Below, one piece after another: positions 49,641 to 59,645 of a stretch of 64,000 bases of DNA. The notes below the pieces were generated by a model that saw nothing but the letters and a program-made list of their open reading frames with translations, did no database searches and was not told the DNA's origin. The position numbers were made by a program, and so were the translations under genes. The DNA is from an uncultured archaeon (GTDB taxonomy: Archaea > Asgardarchaeota > Lokiarchaeia > Sigyniarchaeales > SOKP01), in assembly GCA_964632315.1 (NCBI GenBank), contig CAZWEM010000013.1:1-64000 (forward strand), given 5' to 3'. The stretch's first letter is position 1. Each line of letters opens with the position of its first letter.

Positions 49641-51053
49641 ATGGAAGAAGTCGATCTTTTGAAACCGAAAGGACGGATCAGATTTAATAAGATTTTATGG
49701 CCAATTTACTTTCTTAATGGATTTCAAAGTGTCTTATGGGGCGGGATTACTTTTCTTATTGTTCCACTCGCAAGAATCATATGGGGGGATCCCGAACATG
49801 CATTAGAAATGGGCATTATCATAACCTCACTTTCATGGTCTGCGTCTATTTCAGGATTACTATTTGGTCATTTTATTGATAGATATTCTCGCAAATTAAT
49901 AATCATTATATTATCAGTGTTTAGGGGATTTTCTGCATTAATGCTGGGATTTGGAATAGAACAAGGTGGTACTGAAACATGGTTGTTCTTTCTTACATTT
50001 GTTTCTATTTTTGGAGTATTTGCGGGCTTATCTTGGCCAGCCGTAATTTCATTGACTAACGATATTGTTCCCAAGGGTCAGAGATCCCGATTTTTTGGAA
50101 TGTATGAACTTATTAGGTCTTTAACCATGACTTTAGGATTTCTCTTTGGAGCATTACTAGTTCAAATTGGATTTTGGAGACAATTCTTCTGGAGTGTAGG
50201 AGCAGGGATATTAATCTTTGGCGTTGTCTTTGCTATTCGTGTTGATGAACCCCCAAGAGGCGCTCAACAAGAGGAACTAGGGCATATAATGCAAGAGAAT
50301 GTTATATACGACTTCAAAATTAATCGAGAAATGATGAAAAGAACGATGTTAAGCAAGACCAACATGGCGGCTCTGATTGAAGGTATATTTACATGGATTT
50401 TAATGGGATCCATAAATTTTTTGATACTCAATTTAATTCAAAACGATCCTCATAACATTTCTGAATTTTCAACGAGCATATTCATGATTTGTTTCGGGTT
50501 AACAGGAGGAATAGTTGGCCAACTGGGCTTAGCGAGATTGAGTGATAAGTTAGCAATGAATAATTCAAAAATGAGAATATATATGATAATCGTTGCCATC
50601 ATTGGAGGAATAGTGAGTTTCGCACTTTTTTTCTTTATCCCTTGGCCCCATTTAACTGTTGAGCAAGGAAAAGATGTTTTATATTTGATGACATTACCAA
50701 TAATTTGGCTTATGGGTTCCATGTTTTTCTTTTCAAGATCTATTTTTTCATTATATATCGTAAACCAAAGTCCTGTTCTCCAACAAATCAACCTTCCAGA
50801 AGCTCAAGGTCAAATTGTTTCTTGGAACCAATTTTTAGAGAATTTTGGTCGTGGTATTGGTCCAACATTGAGTGGATTCATCCTCGTGTTCACTTTCTAT
50901 GATTATCGCCTTACAATTTTAATTTTGATTGCTTGTATTTTACCAGGGGCAATTTTGTGGTCTTTGGCAATAAAATGGTTCCCCCAAGATAGCCAGCAAA
51001 TAAAAGATATCTTAAATGAAAGAGCAATAATGTTAAAGGAAAGAAATAAATAA
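49641..51053 (+). CDS. MFS transporter
   Basis: GHFIDRYSRK motif A; INLPEAQG; GGAGG SD before ATG 49641; distant paralog of 18572-20017. Confidence 0.88.
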   Translation: MEEVDLLKPKGRIRFNKILWPIYFLNGFQSVLWGGITFLIVPLARIIWGDPEHALEMGIIITSLSWSASISGLLFGHFIDRYSRKLIIIILSVFRGFSALMLGFGIEQGGTETWLFFLTFVSIFGVFAGLSWPAVISLTNDIVPKGQRSRFFGMYELIRSLTMTLGFLFGALLVQIGFWRQFFWSVGAGILIFGVVFAIRVDEPPRGAQQEELGHIMQENVIYDFKINREMMKRTMLSKTNMAALIEGIFTWILMGSINFLILNLIQNDPHNISEFSTSIFMICFGLTGGIVGQLGLARLSDKLAMNNSKMRIYMIIVAIIGGIVSFALFFFIPWPHLTVEQGKDVLYLMTLPIIWLMGSMFFFSRSIFSLYIVNQSPVLQQINLPEAQGQIVSWNQFLENFGRGIGPTLSGFILVFTFYDYRLTILILIACILPGAILWSLAIKWFPQDSQQIKDILNERAIMLKERNK

Positions 51054-51192
51054 TTTTTAAGAAATTCTTTTGATTTTTAAACATTATTTAAATAACTGTA
51101 CTTATAATAAAGATTTAAATTCATAATCTTTCATGATATAGCTAGGTTTATCATTTTCATATATTAATTCAATATAACGTACTTTTATTATT

Positions 51193-51735
51193 ATGAATGA
51201 ATATAAATTCAAATTGTGCATAATCGGAGACGGAGGTGTAGGAAAAACCTCTCTTACACGCAGATATCTAGAAGGCGTATTTAAAGCTAATTGGAAAATG
51301 ACGATCGGAGTCGATTTTTATCTTAAAAAGCTAAATTTTAATGATCAAAAAGTATCGCTTCAAGTGTGGGATTTCGCTGGAGAAGAAAAATTTAGGTTCC
51401 TATTACCTGGTATTTTAATGGGTGCAAATGGGACTATTTTCATGTATGATATTACTAGATATTCTACGTTCAATAACTTAGATCATTGGTTAGAGGTATT
51501 TAATGATACAAATAAAGAACACGGACAAGTTATCTCTAAAATTTTAGTCGGAAGTAAAACCGATTTAAATGATAATAGAGTAGTTTCTAAAGATGATGCG
51601 ATAAGATATGCCGAAAATGCGAACTTTTCAAACTATTTCGAATGTTCTTCTAAGAGCGGTGATAACGTAGAGGAAGTATTTGATAGAATCGCCAGAATAA
51701 TGCTTGAACATGCAACTCAACTAAAAGTGAAATAA
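51193..51735 (+). CDS. Rab-like small GTPase
   Basis: GDGGVGKTS, TIGVDF, WDFAGEE, GSKTD, ECSSK. Confidence 0.9.
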   Translation: MNEYKFKLCIIGDGGVGKTSLTRRYLEGVFKANWKMTIGVDFYLKKLNFNDQKVSLQVWDFAGEEKFRFLLPGILMGANGTIFMYDITRYSTFNNLDHWLEVFNDTNKEHGQVISKILVGSKTDLNDNRVVSKDDAIRYAENANFSNYFECSSKSGDNVEEVFDRIARIMLEHATQLKVK

Positions 51736-51941
51736 AACTATTTTTATTAAAATTTTAAATGAACTATTTTTCCAGCTTTTATTCCCTCGATTTCACCCTA
51801 CTAAGCTGAGATCGAATTAAAGTACTTAATCAATTGGAAAACACTTAATTTTAGCGAGCTGTAAAACTTTAATATCTTAAGTGCTTTTACAGAGTATAAA
51901 CAATATAATCTCTTTTTTATTATATTACTGAGTAAAGAATT

Positions 51942-53555
51942 ATGAAGTCAATGCACGAGTTAGGAACTCCAGTTCCCTCTAAACGCTCTTTAGTTGTAAG
52001 AAATATTAAGGATGTCACGAAGGAACAGCGTGAAATTGCCTTAAGAAAAACTGAGTATAGTATGTTCTCATTTCCCGCTGACTTATTAGTCCTTGACTTT
52101 CTATCTGATAGTGGAACTACAACAATGACAGATTTGCAGTGGTCAGCGTTATTTCATGGTGATGAATCTTATGGTAGAAATAAAGGGTATTACGTTCTTC
52201 TTGATGCTATTAGAGATACTTTTGAACGAGGAAATCATCCAAAGAAATCTGTAGATCTCATATTATCTGGAGAAACAAATGTAAACAGACTAATGGATGA
52301 GTTATACCTCACTTCATATAAAGGAGGCTTTGTAAATGGAGGAATTTATCAGCTTGAACGACCAAATAGTTTTATCGTACCTCAAGGGCGGTGTGCAGAA
52401 AATTTACTATTTTCTACACTCCAACAAATAAAAAAAGAATTAAAAATAAAACAAGATTGGTACATCCCTAACAATGGACATTTTGATACAACTGAAGCCA
52501 ATATCGCTGCTGCTGGCATGAATCCCGTTAATATGTTCTCAGATAGTTTATTTGAAGAATTTAATCTTGATGATATGGATAAGACTAATCCATTTAAAGG
52601 AAACATGGAAGTAACGGATTTAGAAGATTTCCTCAATGATAGAGGTGTGGACTGCATTCCATTAATATATTTAACGGTTACAAACAATACAGCAGCGGGA
52701 CAACCTGTTTCAATGAAAAATATTAAAGAGGTATATGATATAGCTAAAAATAATGAGATTCCCTTGTTTTTTGATGCTTGTAGATTTGCAGAAAACGCTA
52801 TTTTTATCAAGAAATTTGAAAAAGGTTATAATAAAATCTCAATCCCCGAAATTGTAAAGGAGATTTTCTCATATGCCGATGGCTTTACCATTAGCTTCAA
52901 AAAAGATGGATTGGCAAATATGGGGGGAGGATTATTTTTCAAAGATAAAGGATTGTTTCATAGAAAGTTTTCTGAGAATAAAGACGTAGGGATCAGATTA
53001 AAAGAACGCCAAATTCTTGCTTATGGGAATGATTCTTATGGCGGTTTATCAGGAAGGGATATTATGGCACTTGCAGTAGGCCTTTATGAAGTAATGCGAG
53101 AATCTTATTTAAATGACCGGATTAGACTTGTTAGAGAATTCGCTTATAAATTAGCAAAAAATGGTGTTCCTGTAGTGTTACCCGCTGGAGGTCATGCGGT
53201 CTATCTAAATATGAATAAGTTTTTTGAAGGTACGAAAATGAGCCTTGATGAATTTGGGGGAGTTGGTTTTACCATAGAATTAGTAAGACATTATGGAATC
53301 AGAGGAGCTGAATTGGGACCTTTTGCATTTGAATGGGATAATAAAACCGAAGAGGAACGAAAAGGCATTTTAAACTTAGTTCGATTCGCAGTCCCACGAA
53401 ATGTCTATGAATCCTCCCACATTGATTATGCTGTAGCTGCGATTACTGAGCTATATAAAAATAAAGAACAAATTCCTAAAGTAAAGATTTCGCGTGGAGT
53501 AAAGTTAAGATTGCGACATTTTCAATCAGGTCTTGAGCCAGTATATGGTAAATAA
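51942..53555 (+). CDS. tnaA: Tryptophanase (beta-eliminating lyase family; tyrosine phenol-lyase not excluded)
   Basis: DFLSDSGT, GDESY, QGR.AE, HFDTT, TNN.AAGQPVS, DACRFAENA, SFKKD (PLP lysine), YGGLSGRD, GGHAV, LRHF. Confidence 0.85.
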   Translation: MKSMHELGTPVPSKRSLVVRNIKDVTKEQREIALRKTEYSMFSFPADLLVLDFLSDSGTTTMTDLQWSALFHGDESYGRNKGYYVLLDAIRDTFERGNHPKKSVDLILSGETNVNRLMDELYLTSYKGGFVNGGIYQLERPNSFIVPQGRCAENLLFSTLQQIKKELKIKQDWYIPNNGHFDTTEANIAAAGMNPVNMFSDSLFEEFNLDDMDKTNPFKGNMEVTDLEDFLNDRGVDCIPLIYLTVTNNTAAGQPVSMKNIKEVYDIAKNNEIPLFFDACRFAENAIFIKKFEKGYNKISIPEIVKEIFSYADGFTISFKKDGLANMGGGLFFKDKGLFHRKFSENKDVGIRLKERQILAYGNDSYGGLSGRDIMALAVGLYEVMRESYLNDRIRLVREFAYKLAKNGVPVVLPAGGHAVYLNMNKFFEGTKMSLDEFGGVGFTIELVRHYGIRGAELGPFAFEWDNKTEEERKGILNLVRFAVPRNVYESSHIDYAVAAITELYKNKEQIPKVKISRGVKLRLRHFQSGLEPVYGK

Positions 53556-53636
53556 TTTCTATTTTCAAACAAAATTTCTCGAATCAATTATGAACTATCT
53601 CAATTGATTAAAAATAAGATAATAATTGAAATCTAA

Positions 53637-53954
53637 TTAAATATCCAGGGTTCTTAATCTTTGGGACATGTTCTTTCTTCTAAGGATTTTTATGAAATCG
53701 TTTTCCCTCTGTTTTAAGCGACTCAAAAAGCTATCAAGTTTATCAAAATTATTAAAGAAATGCTCTTTTCCATTCACAATTATTTTAACTCCTTTATGCT
53801 CACTGGTTAATATCGCATAAATCCCTCCTATTTCTGAATCGTGTTTAATAAATACTTTCATATCTTCATTCTCTCCCTTTTCATTCCCTTTCTTAGCCCA
53901 AAACTGATTTTTTAAAAGATAACTTCTATACATGCTCATTTTTTTCACACACAA
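53637..53954 (-). CDS. Hypothetical protein
   Basis: 105-aa ORF filling the gap; no recognisable motif. Confidence 0.45.
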   Translation of the reverse strand: MCVKKMSMYRSYLLKNQFWAKKGNEKGENEDMKVFIKHDSEIGGIYAILTSEHKGVKIIVNGKEHFFNNFDKLDSFLSRLKQRENDFIKILRRKNMSQRLRTLDI

Positions 53955-54248
53955 CCTTTATTTTTTTCACGGATTATCGTGATATATGTAATACCAACCC
54001 ATGAAATAGTATCCTAGTATTATAGGGTAAAGTACTTTTTTAGAACCATATGTTATGGGTATATAATCCACGTATTATGCTGTTTTTTTACCCTATATTA
54101 TATCACAAAACCTAGCTATAGTATATAAGTTACAAAGTAAAATCTTCGATACCAGTTAGTACAAGACAGTTTGGTACCGTCGATTTCCAATGGAAATTAA
54201 AATTCGGTAGACCCCCCAGAGTTAAATAATAGGATGTGATCTCGCAAC

Positions 54249-54545
54249 TTGTCTGAAATGATGATGGAATCCACTTTTTATATCGATATATTTGACGAAT
54301 ATCTACATACCGAGGATGATCCTCAAAAAAAGTTTATGTGGGTGCTCAAATCGATCATAGATCTTATGCAGAAAGCAAAAGGGTTAGATGATGATTTTTG
54401 CGAAAATGGATTAAGGATGATATTAACTCTTTTTAATGACTATAAGATTGAACCCTGGGAAATCCTCGTAAATGAAGAACAAAATGAAAAAAGTTTATTT
54501 GATGATTCTGATCTTGTGAATATTCTATTCGAAGAAGTGAGTTAA
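54249..54545 (+). CDS. Hypothetical acidic helical protein
   Basis: 98-aa ORF; no recognisable motif. Confidence 0.5.
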   Translation: MSEMMMESTFYIDIFDEYLHTEDDPQKKFMWVLKSIIDLMQKAKGLDDDFCENGLRMILTLFNDYKIEPWEILVNEEQNEKSLFDDSDLVNILFEEVS

Positions 54546-54549
54546 TCCC

Positions 54550-55056
54550 TCAAGAAAAAGATTTTTCGAATTTCCAAACGTCATCTTGAATCGTGTGAAG
54601 ATTTTTTACCACTTTCCCTGATTTCTTTGCTTCCATTTCTTTTGCATCATATAATGCTTTTCCTACTGCTATTGAACGATCATGTGTCTCGTCTACTATG
54701 TCAATGATATCACCCTTTTTTATTAAGGGGTCAATATTTGTAATTCCTGGCCTCATTATGTCAGCAGCATTCGCAATAAATCGAATGGCCCCCATATCTA
54801 CGACTACTTTCTTTAACTTTACTTTATTCTCTAAGAGTAACGTCAATACAGGTATGATACCCTCTTCTGACTTCCATAGCTTTAAATCATCATTTATCGC
54901 ATATAGAACATCTCCCGCTTCTGTTTCTATGAATTCTATCTTCGCTTTATCTGGAATAATCTGAGCAAGAAAATCTTCGTCATATTGGCTTAAAATTTCC
55001 TCTTTTAAGTCTTTTATTTGTGATTTCTGAATGAAATGCCTTTGTTTAATATTCAT
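54550..55056 (-). CDS. DUF1947/PUA-domain RNA-binding protein (MCT-1/Tma20 homolog)
   Basis: VVVDMGAIRFIANAADIMRPGI, IAVG, GKVVKNLH..D.VW. Confidence 0.88.
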   Translation of the reverse strand: MNIKQRHFIQKSQIKDLKEEILSQYDEDFLAQIIPDKAKIEFIETEAGDVLYAINDDLKLWKSEEGIIPVLTLLLENKVKLKKVVVDMGAIRFIANAADIMRPGITNIDPLIKKGDIIDIVDETHDRSIAVGKALYDAKEMEAKKSGKVVKNLHTIQDDVWKFEKSFS

Positions 55057-55203
55057 ATCATTATGTTAATACCCATTATTGAATAAAAATCTTATACCTC
55101 AAATTTTGAATGACGTTTTTAATTTAAAACCATAAAGAACTAATAAGAATCGAAATGAATATTCAACAAAAGTGAGTACTTTAAGAAAAACTAACTTGAT
55201 ATT

Positions 55204-55746
55204 ATGAGTAAAGTTTATACTTCTGCAGTCGTGATTATTCCTCCAGAAGATGAATGGATTTTAATCCAACAAATTAGAAAGTTATATGATTGGCAAATAA
55301 ACAGATGGATGCCACATATCACCCTCCTATATCCATTTAGACCAGAACATCTTTTTAATAAAATCTTAGGCAATTTTAAAAACACGTGTAAAAATATTAC
55401 CTCATTTAATATCACCTTGAAAGAGATCAAATCTTTCACTCATGGAAAAAGTAGTCATACAATCTGGTTATCTCCAGAACCTATCGAACTAATAAAAGAA
55501 CTTCAAGAAAAACTACTGAAAATAGTACCAGATTGCGATGATGTGAATAAACACGTGAAAGAATATACTCCTCATCTAAGTATTGGACAATTAAAAAGCT
55601 CTAAAGACGATCTAAGTAAAATTATCAATCAAATTCAGGAAAATTGGAAGCCAATCGTCTTTTTGATAGAAAAAATTGCTTTTATCTCGCGTGAAAAAGA
55701 AAAAAAGAGTAGATTTCAAATAAAAAAGGAAATATTTTTAAAATGA
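55204..55746 (+). CDS. 2H phosphoesterase (2'-5' RNA ligase family)
   Basis: PHITLLYPF and PHLSIG motifs. Confidence 0.85.
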   Translation: MSKVYTSAVVIIPPEDEWILIQQIRKLYDWQINRWMPHITLLYPFRPEHLFNKILGNFKNTCKNITSFNITLKEIKSFTHGKSSHTIWLSPEPIELIKELQEKLLKIVPDCDDVNKHVKEYTPHLSIGQLKSSKDDLSKIINQIQENWKPIVFLIEKIAFISREKEKKSRFQIKKEIFLK

Positions 55747-55915
55747 TTCACAATACAAATTTTTAAAGCTGGGTTTTCGTTAATGGAATATTAACACTAT
55801 TGTATTAAACCAATGCAAAATTAAGATGAACTCAAAGATTCGCTGCTAATATGATGACGCAAATAGTAGATTGGTTACTATTTTAGATATTCAATTGGTT
55901 AGAGGTTTCTATTAA

Positions 55916-56992
55916 ATGGTATTTAGTAACCCGATAAAAAACAAGAAAATAAAGGTTGGTATCCCCAGAGCACTCCATTTCTATCGTTACTACCCTTTTT
56001 GGAAAAAATTACTCGAAGAATTAGATGTTGATATCATTGTAAGTTCTCCAACAAATAAAACAATAGTAAATCTAGGGGTCACCCATGGTTTTGGTGAACT
56101 TTGTATCCCTGTAAAAATATATTATGGACAAGTCATAAATTTAATCGAGAAATATTCTGATTTAGATTTTCTTTTTGTCCCAAGATATGTATCTGAAGAT
56201 CCTGATTCCTATTTTTGTCCTAAATTTATTTCACTCCCTGATGTAATTAAAATTCTACCTAAAATGCCAAAGATACTAAATTTTGAGGTAAATGCAAAAG
56301 AATTTCCCATTGCAATTTCTGCCATAGAACTTGGAAAACAACTTGGTAAAAATCCCATTGTATCTCTTAAGGCGTATAGGAAAGCACAATCATACTTCTA
56401 TGAATATCACAGATTTCTCCGTGAAGGAGGTTCAGTAAATTATGCTTTACGTTTAGTTCAGCGTAATTTACCTTTTAAACTCCCGAAAAAGCAACTTAAG
56501 GGGGAAATTCGATTTCTCTTATTAGGTCACGCCTATAACCTATTTGATACTTTTATTAATTTAGATTTTATTAAAAAATTACAAGATCAAAATGTAGAAG
56601 TACTCACTATTGAAAACCTCCCAGAATATATCTTCAAAAAACCAGTTATAGTAAATCCAAACGGAGGGAAATTAAGGAATTATTGGCGTCATGAAGAAGA
56701 AATAATGCAAGCCATTCGATTTTTTCTTACTAAGGGTCGAAATGAAATAGATGGTGTCATTTTTTTAATTAGCTTTGCATGTGGTCCAGATAGTCTTATC
56801 TCTGAATTAATAATGCGCGATATGAAAGTAGTTGGATTACCATTTCTGGAGATAATAATGGATGAACATTCGGGAGAAGCAGGAATGATGACTCGAATAG
56901 AGAGTTTTGTTGAAATGGTCCGTCGAAAAAGAAAGAAACTTGGTTTAGAACCGAGATGGAAATCAAAAACTAACTTTTCAGAAGATGTTTAA
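55916..56992 (+). CDS. DUF2229 / acyl-CoA dehydratase activase-related Fe-S protein (PlsA reductase-domain-like)
   Basis: VGIPRAL..Y.YYPFW, LCIPVK, YFCPKF, GHAYN, SFACGPD, DEHSGEAG..TRIESF. Confidence 0.85.
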   Translation: MVFSNPIKNKKIKVGIPRALHFYRYYPFWKKLLEELDVDIIVSSPTNKTIVNLGVTHGFGELCIPVKIYYGQVINLIEKYSDLDFLFVPRYVSEDPDSYFCPKFISLPDVIKILPKMPKILNFEVNAKEFPIAISAIELGKQLGKNPIVSLKAYRKAQSYFYEYHRFLREGGSVNYALRLVQRNLPFKLPKKQLKGEIRFLLLGHAYNLFDTFINLDFIKKLQDQNVEVLTIENLPEYIFKKPVIVNPNGGKLRNYWRHEEEIMQAIRFFLTKGRNEIDGVIFLISFACGPDSLISELIMRDMKVVGLPFLEIIMDEHSGEAGMMTRIESFVEMVRRKRKKLGLEPRWKSKTNFSEDV

Positions 56993-57335
56993 GAAAGATT
57001 TGATTTCAATTATTTAAAGGAGATAACTATTAATACAAGGATTATATTTCAATTTTGTTCTTAATAGACTTAACTTACATCAAATTAGTTATTCCTTTTT
57101 CAAGACTTTTTGATGTTTTCCATTAAATAATCAAAAAGTAATTTCTCTAAATTTTACCAATAATTATAGTCTAAAATCTACATAAAAATTAATTATTCTT
57201 ATGCATTTCGTTCATTTTACAAAAATAATGAGAAAATGTATAGTTTTCTTAAAAAAAAACCCATAATAATACTACTAAAAATATCAATTGTTTGAAGTTT
57301 TAAAGTTAAAGGATAATTTATTTATTTAAGGCTAT

Positions 57336-57376
57336 GATATTAAATCAAAGATCCAATTAATTAAGATATTAAATCA
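57336..57376. promoter_or_regulatory. Tandem 12-bp direct repeat GATATTAAATCA, putative transcription-factor sites
   Basis: Exact copies at 57336-57347 and 57365-57376, 20 nt before ATG 57397; the first copy forms TGAT-N5-ATCA. Confidence 0.4.
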
Positions 57377-57396
57377 CTTTAAAAAATAAAAAAACT

Positions 57397-58584
57397 ATGC
57401 TTATATCCTTTCCGAATTTAGGTAATTCATGGCCTGCCTTTAAAACGTTGTTTACGGCGTTGGACCTAGATGTAATCCTTCCCGATCCCACAAATCGAGA
57501 GGCAATCAAAATTGGGGTTAAATATAGCCCTGAGTTTGTATGTTTTCCCTTTAAAGCAACACTTGGCGATTTTGTTAGTGCTATTAAGAAAGGAGCAGAT
57601 ACTTTGGTAATGGCAATCGATTGTGGACCTTGTCGCTTTGGGTTTTATGCAAGTGTTCAAGAACGGATTTTAAAGGACATGGGATATGAGAACATACATG
57701 TAATTCCCTTAGATCAAGCTGATCTTTTGGAATTTCATTGGGTCAAGACGCTTCAAGACTTAAATGGTCGAAAAGACTTGTTTATGTACTCGAAATTTGT
57801 TAAAGCAGTAATGTATTTCTTGAAAAAAACAAAATTAATACAAGATATTCAAACAGCAGAAGGATTATTCCGTGCTTATGAACGTAATTTAGGAGCTACG
57901 ACTCAAGTCGTCAACAATTTATTACAGAAGTTAGATGAAGCTAACTCTTTACCAGAACTACGGAATTTTAAAAATGTGATCAAAAAAAATTTTAATACCA
58001 TTGATGTTGATAAGACACGAACACCCTTAAGGGTTGGACTTTCAGGTGAGATTCATATTAGCCTTGAGCCATATGTAAATTTAGATATTAGGCGAAAATT
58101 AGGGGAGATGGGTGTTGAAATTCATCAGAATTTAAGTCTTTATGATTGGGTTATTCATAAATTTCATCTTAATTTTCACCGAAAATGGCTTGAACATTTA
58201 GCAAAACCTTATGTACCAATGGATATTGGCGGTGAATGTGTTTGGGTTATTGGAGAATACATAGATAAAGCAAATGCGGGGTTTGACGGGTTCGTTCATT
58301 CCTATCCTTTTACGTGCATGCCTGAAGTGACTGCTCGGACAATTATAACCAATAAGCTTAAGAAAATTTACGATCTTCCAATAATTTATTTCTCTTTTGA
58401 CGAGCAAAGTGGTCAAGAGGGTTTTCGAACACGATTAGAGGCCTTTTATGATTTAATGCAAGCCAGGCGTGACCAAGAAATTAAGAATACTCCAGAATTT
58501 ATGGCAAATAGCAAACAGAAGATTTATCCATATTTTGGAGATAATTTTTATAATGAGATAGCTCAATTAATCCAAACAGAGTGA
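57397..58584 (+). CDS. 2-hydroxyacyl-CoA dehydratase-related Fe-S protein (PlsR-like)
   Basis: ISFP..G, VCFPFK, GPCRFGFY, GEIHI, PFTCMPE, DEQSG..G..TRLEAF. Confidence 0.82.
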   Translation: MLISFPNLGNSWPAFKTLFTALDLDVILPDPTNREAIKIGVKYSPEFVCFPFKATLGDFVSAIKKGADTLVMAIDCGPCRFGFYASVQERILKDMGYENIHVIPLDQADLLEFHWVKTLQDLNGRKDLFMYSKFVKAVMYFLKKTKLIQDIQTAEGLFRAYERNLGATTQVVNNLLQKLDEANSLPELRNFKNVIKKNFNTIDVDKTRTPLRVGLSGEIHISLEPYVNLDIRRKLGEMGVEIHQNLSLYDWVIHKFHLNFHRKWLEHLAKPYVPMDIGGECVWVIGEYIDKANAGFDGFVHSYPFTCMPEVTARTIITNKLKKIYDLPIIYFSFDEQSGQEGFRTRLEAFYDLMQARRDQEIKNTPEFMANSKQKIYPYFGDNFYNEIAQLIQTE

Positions 58585-58592
58585 AAATGTAA

Positions 58593-59618
58593 ATGGTTGA
58601 AGTTTCAGATAAAGTAAAAAGTGATGAGAGGAAAAAAGAAGCTTTTTTAGGCATTGATATTGGTTCAGTTTCCTGTAAATTTGTACTCATGAATATAAAT
58701 GGGGAAGTTTTGACAAGTGTGTTTTTACGAAATCGAGGTTCTCCGATAGATTCAGCAAAAGCGGGGATGTCAGAATTGAGAACAAAAATACAAGAAAATG
58801 AAGAATTCCAAGATTATGTCATAAAGTGTTGCGGAACCACGGGTTCGGCACGTTATTTAACTAAAGCGGTCGTTGGTGGTGATTTAGCGAAAACAGAGAT
58901 AATTGCTCATGCTGTTGCTACTCAATCAATGTATCCCGAGGTGCGCACAATTTTAGAGATCGGTGGGCAAGATTCGAAAATTATCATTTTGCGGGATGGA
59001 ATAATAGTTGATTTCGCAATGAATTCGGTTTGTGCCGCAGGTACAGGTTCATTTCTTGATCACCAAGCAGGTAGGTTATGTATACCAATAGAAGAATTTG
59101 GAGATTATGCTATTCGATCAACAAATCCGGTTAGCATTGCCGGAAGATGCACTGTATTTGCTGAATCAGACATGATCCATAAACAAAACGCGGGTTATTC
59201 CAAGGAAGATATTATTGCTGGCTTATGCGATTCCTTAGTACGTAATTATATGAATAATCTTGGAAAAGGAAAAGAACTGGAAGAACCTGTTGTATTTCAA
59301 GGAGGCGTTTCATATAATAAAGGAATTGTTGAGGCTTTTGAGCGCCATTTAGGCTGTAGGGTAATTGTACCGAAATATAATGTTTTTATGGGGGCATTAG
59401 GGATGGCAATATTGGTAAGGGATTATTATCTAGAAAATGGGAATGAAACTATATTTCGAGGTTTAGAAGTATCTGATATTGAATTTAAAACTTCTGCTTT
59501 TCACTGTGGGGATTGTCCTAATAATTGTGAAATTGTACAAGTCCAAATTCCCGAACAAGGTAATAAAATAATTGCTAGATGGGGATCAAGATGTGGAAAG
59601 TGGGATCAGTTAACATGA
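58593..59618 (+). CDS. ATP-dependent acyl-CoA dehydratase activase (HgdC/BadF/BcrAD family)
   Basis: LGIDIGSVS, TTGS.R, EI.AH, EIGGQDSK, MNSVCAAGTGSFL, RCTVFAESD, QGGV; C-terminal CGDCPNNC...RCGKW. Confidence 0.92.
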   Translation: MVEVSDKVKSDERKKEAFLGIDIGSVSCKFVLMNINGEVLTSVFLRNRGSPIDSAKAGMSELRTKIQENEEFQDYVIKCCGTTGSARYLTKAVVGGDLAKTEIIAHAVATQSMYPEVRTILEIGGQDSKIIILRDGIIVDFAMNSVCAAGTGSFLDHQAGRLCIPIEEFGDYAIRSTNPVSIAGRCTVFAESDMIHKQNAGYSKEDIIAGLCDSLVRNYMNNLGKGKELEEPVVFQGGVSYNKGIVEAFERHLGCRVIVPKYNVFMGALGMAILVRDYYLENGNETIFRGLEVSDIEFKTSAFHCGDCPNNCEIVQVQIPEQGNKIIARWGSRCGKWDQLT

Positions 59619-59645
59619 TTGTAAATACTTAGAGGTATATGTGAT

